A stretch of 64,000 bases of DNA from Polyangiales bacterium. Its GTDB lineage: Bacteria; Myxococcota_A; Polyangia; Polyangiales; Ga0077539. Below, in pieces: positions 61,226 through 64,000 of this stretch. Position numbers and translations under genes: made by a program. The notes beneath the pieces are model-generated. The model ran no database searches, had not been told where the DNA came from, and saw nothing but the letters and a program-made list of their open reading frames with translations. Positions within the stretch are counted from its first letter, which is position 1, and the number at the start of each line of letters is the position of its first letter. The stretch is taken from the NCBI GenBank assembly GCA_044229975.1, contig JBGARZ010000003.1:352001-416000 (forward strand), in the 5' to 3' direction.

Positions 61226-62686
61226 GTGCGATCCCACCACTGCCTCGCCGCGCTCTCGCTCCTCCTCGGCTGCGCCCACACCCTCCAGATCCCCCGACCA
61301 CCCGCGTCCGGTCCCGGCGCCCCGCTCCCGCCTCTCCCTCCGGCGTCCATCGAGCTCCCGCTCCAGGCCGACATCCGCGGAACCCTCCACTCCCTCGACG
61401 CCCTGGTCCCCGCGACCTTCGACACCCAGGGGCGCTTCCAGATGATCGGCCCGTCGCCCGTCGGCATCCGCTACCGCGTGCAGCGCTCGCCCTTCCGCTT
61501 CGAGCCCCGCGGCGGTTCGATGCACGTCGAGTCCACGCTCGAAGTCACCGCCGAAGCCTGCCTCGGCGCCCCGCTCGGTCTGCCCATCCCCTTCCTCCCG
61601 AGCTGCCAGGTCGTCGCCTCCTGCGGCATCAACGAGGCCCCTCGCCGCATCGTCGTGAGCGCCGACACCACCATCCGCCTCGACCCCTCGTGGCGCATCG
61701 TGTCCGAGACCGTCCCCGCCGCGCCCGTGTTTCGCGACCGCTGCGAGCTCACCATGCTCCGCGTCGACGTGACCACCTTCGTCGCCGGTCTCGTCTCGCA
61801 GCAGGTCACCGCCGCCACGCAGCGCATGGACGCCACCGTTCGTTCGCACGGCGACCTCAGCGACCGCGCCCGCGACCTCTGGATCAACCTCGGCGCCCCG
61901 ATGGAACTCGGCGAGGGCTTCTGGCTCACCCTCTCCCCGCAGCGCGTCTTCGCGTCGCCCTTCGCGCTCACGGCCGAGACCGCGACCACCCGCGTCGGCA
62001 TCGTCGCGCAGCCCTCTGTCACCTCGGGCCCGCGCCCGACCCCTTCCGCGACGCCGCTCCCATCGCTCGATGCCTCGTCCTCCACCACCCAGGGCGACCG
62101 CTTCTCCCTCACCCTCGACGCGACGGTCACCTTCGCCGAGACCACCGAGCTCGTCGCCCAGGAGTTTCGCGGCCGCACCGTGGAACTCGACGGCCACCAC
62201 GCCCTCGTCCGCGAGGTGCGCGTTCGAGGCAACGGCGGCGCGCTGCTCTTCGAGCTCGACATCACCTTCCAGGACGGCGCCTTCGACGGAACCCCCGCCA
62301 CCCTCTACCTCGCGGGCCTGCCCGACTACGACGCCGCCCGCGAGGCCCTCGTCGTGCGCGAGCTCGACTACACCATGGAGACCCGCAACACCCTCCTCCA
62401 AGCGGGCGAGTGGCTGCTCCGCGGATCACTCCGCGACGGCCTCGCCCGCCGCGCGTCCTTCCCCTTGGGCGACCGGTTGCGTCGCCTGCGCGACAACGCC
62501 CAGCGTGCGCTCACCCGTCCCCTCGGCGCGGGTTCCCAGCTCCGCGGCGAGCTCTCGGCGCTGCGTCCCATCGGCGCCTACGTGAGCGACGCGGGCGTCA
62601 TCGTGCGCGTCCAGACCGACGGCCGCGCCGAGGTCACGCAAGACCTCACCACCCTCGACCTCAGCGGTCAGGGCCTGGTGCGCTGA
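61226..62686 (+). CDS. Lipoprotein, DUF4403-like
   Basis: Lipobox LLLGC; LW..LGAPMEL.EGFWLTLSP and LYLAGLPDYD....L.V.ELDY patterns resemble DUF4403 (recalled, not searched). Confidence 0.65.
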   Translation: MRSHHCLAALSLLLGCAHTLQIPRPPASGPGAPLPPLPPASIELPLQADIRGTLHSLDALVPATFDTQGRFQMIGPSPVGIRYRVQRSPFRFEPRGGSMHVESTLEVTAEACLGAPLGLPIPFLPSCQVVASCGINEAPRRIVVSADTTIRLDPSWRIVSETVPAAPVFRDRCELTMLRVDVTTFVAGLVSQQVTAATQRMDATVRSHGDLSDRARDLWINLGAPMELGEGFWLTLSPQRVFASPFALTAETATTRVGIVAQPSVTSGPRPTPSATPLPSLDASSSTTQGDRFSLTLDATVTFAETTELVAQEFRGRTVELDGHHALVREVRVRGNGGALLFELDITFQDGAFDGTPATLYLAGLPDYDAAREALVVRELDYTMETRNTLLQAGEWLLRGSLRDGLARRASFPLGDRLRRLRDNAQRALTRPLGAGSQLRGELSALRPIGAYVSDAGVIVRVQTDGRAEVTQDLTTLDLSGQGLVR

Positions 62687-63155
62687 CCCGGTCGGCGCCC
62701 CACGCCGCCGCCGCCGCGCAGATCAACGCCACCAGCACCGCCCGCCCCGGCGCGACGCGCGGCTCCGTCGCGCTCCACGCGATGACGATGGCCGACCCCA
62801 CCGCCGCAGGCGCCAGCGGCCACCGACGCACCGGCGCCGACCCCGCGTCTTGCAGCGCGACGAGCATCGCCACGGCGGGCCAGAGTTCGCGGCCGTCGAT
62901 GTACCAGCCGAGCGTGAGCGCCATCGGAACCGCCAGCCGCACCCCCGCGCGCAGCACCGTGAGCGCCGCCTCGACGCGCGGCATCGACGGCGGTTGCAGG
63001 GCGGATACGAGGGACACCGCACCGAGCAGCAGGCAGAAGTCGCGCAGCCACGTGCCGCTCATCACGAACATCTCCCCGAGGTCGCGCACCAGGTACGCCG
63101 TCACGGCCGCGCCGACGGCGCCGAGGAGAAACCCGATGCGATCGCCGATGGACAC
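62661..63155 (-). CDS. Hypothetical membrane protein
   Basis: C-terminal 164 aa of ORF 62661..63887 from GTG; several hydrophobic helices. Confidence 0.55.
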   Translation of the reverse strand: MSIGDRIGFLLGAVGAAVTAYLVRDLGEMFVMSGTWLRDFCLLLGAVSLVSALQPPSMPRVEAALTVLRAGVRLAVPMALTLGWYIDGRELWPAVAMLVALQDAGSAPVRRWPLAPAAVGSAIVIAWSATEPRVAPGRAVLVALICAAAAAWGADRVSAPGPDR

Positions 63156-63233
63156 GTCACCGGGTTGATACACCGAAGAGCCCGCACGGTGCCTTGACCC
63201 CGTGCGCGAGGCGCCCGTACCGTCCGCCCCAAC

Positions 63234-64000
63234 GTGGTCGCGGCGATTGTCTCGGTGGGTTCGGAAATCACTCGTGGCGAGGTCGCCGACAGCAACGCCG
63301 ACTGGCTCGCGGCGCGGATGTCTTCGCTGGGCTTCGAGGTGCGCGAGCGCGCCTGCGTGGCCGACGACCGTGCGCTGCTCGCGGCCACCATCGCGCGGCT
63401 CGGTCAGAGCGCCAGCGTGGTGGTGGTGACCGGCGGCCTCGGCCCGACGGGCGACGACGTCACCATCGACGCCGTGGCCGACGCGCTCGGGGTGCCTCGG
63501 GTCGTCGACGAGTCCCTGGAGGACGTCTCGCAGCGACCGGGTTCGCAGCCCGTCGACCCGCGCTCGCTGGAGCTTCCGTCGGGCGCCGTGTGGCTGGGCC
63601 GCACCATCCGCGAGCGGGCCTTCGCGGTGCGCGTGGGCGAGGCGCAAGGGGTGTTTCTGCCAGGCGATCCGGCGAGCATGGAGCGGGTCTTCGAGGCGTC
63701 GGCGCTGCGGCACATCATCGCCCTCGCGAAGCCGCGCGATGCCCGCGCGCACCTGCGCACCTACGGTCTCAGCGAGGCCGAGCTCGATGCCCGGGTGCGC
63801 GACCTCGCGACCGGGCGGGTGTCCTTCGGCTTCCGCGCGCACGCCCCCGAGGTGACGCTGACGGTGCGTGCGACCGGGGAAGATCACACCGACGCGACCG
63901 AGCGCCTCGGCCGGGTGGTGGGCGAGGTGCGCGGGCGGCTCGGGGCGGTGGTGTTTGGCGACGACGAGCAGACCTACGCCGCCTGCGTGGGGCGCGCGTT
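63234..64000 (+). CDS. cinA: CinA-like competence/damage-inducible protein (molybdopterin-binding domain), runs off the window edge
   Basis: Manual translation: AIVSVGSEITRGEVADSNADWL, VADD, VVTGGLGPTGDDVT, FLPGDP, LRTYGLSEAEL. Confidence 0.8.
   Translation, partial: MVAAIVSVGSEITRGEVADSNADWLAARMSSLGFEVRERACVADDRALLAATIARLGQSASVVVVTGGLGPTGDDVTIDAVADALGVPRVVDESLEDVSQRPGSQPVDPRSLELPSGAVWLGRTIRERAFAVRVGEAQGVFLPGDPASMERVFEASALRHIIALAKPRDARAHLRTYGLSEAELDARVRDLATGRVSFGFRAHAPEVTLTVRATGEDHTDATERLGRVVGEVRGRLGAVVFGDDEQTYAACVGRA

Overview
High-GC window, mostly ordinary chromosome, whose gene content (Ser/Thr kinases, Cys-rich/RCC1 lipoproteins, a giant Met-zincin lipoprotein, extra PilT paralogues) points to a myxobacterium (Myxococcota; inference). 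Housekeeping and metabolic genes: xerC, fahA-maiA-hmgA, hslO, prfB (with its programmed +1 frameshift)-lysS-lolC/E-lolD, purD, partial cinA. Accessory and unusual parts: (i) a tandem pair of atypical PilT ATPases, one fused to HEAT repeats; (ii) an orphan type VI secretion spike island, with pseudokinase-PAAR-DUF4123-FHA/DUF4123 converging on extended VgrG-small protein-putative effector-putative immunity; (iii) a decayed Rhs toxin/immunity array with an HExxH toxin tip, next to a repeat-flanked orphan gene, a 170-bp hairpin and a REP-like repeat that recurs between prfB and lysS; (iv) a complete WGR-regulatory-catalytic PARP that closely resembles eukaryotic PARP3. No rRNA, tRNA, CRISPR array or transposase was recognised. 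All family assignments come from motifs read by eye; no database searches were run.
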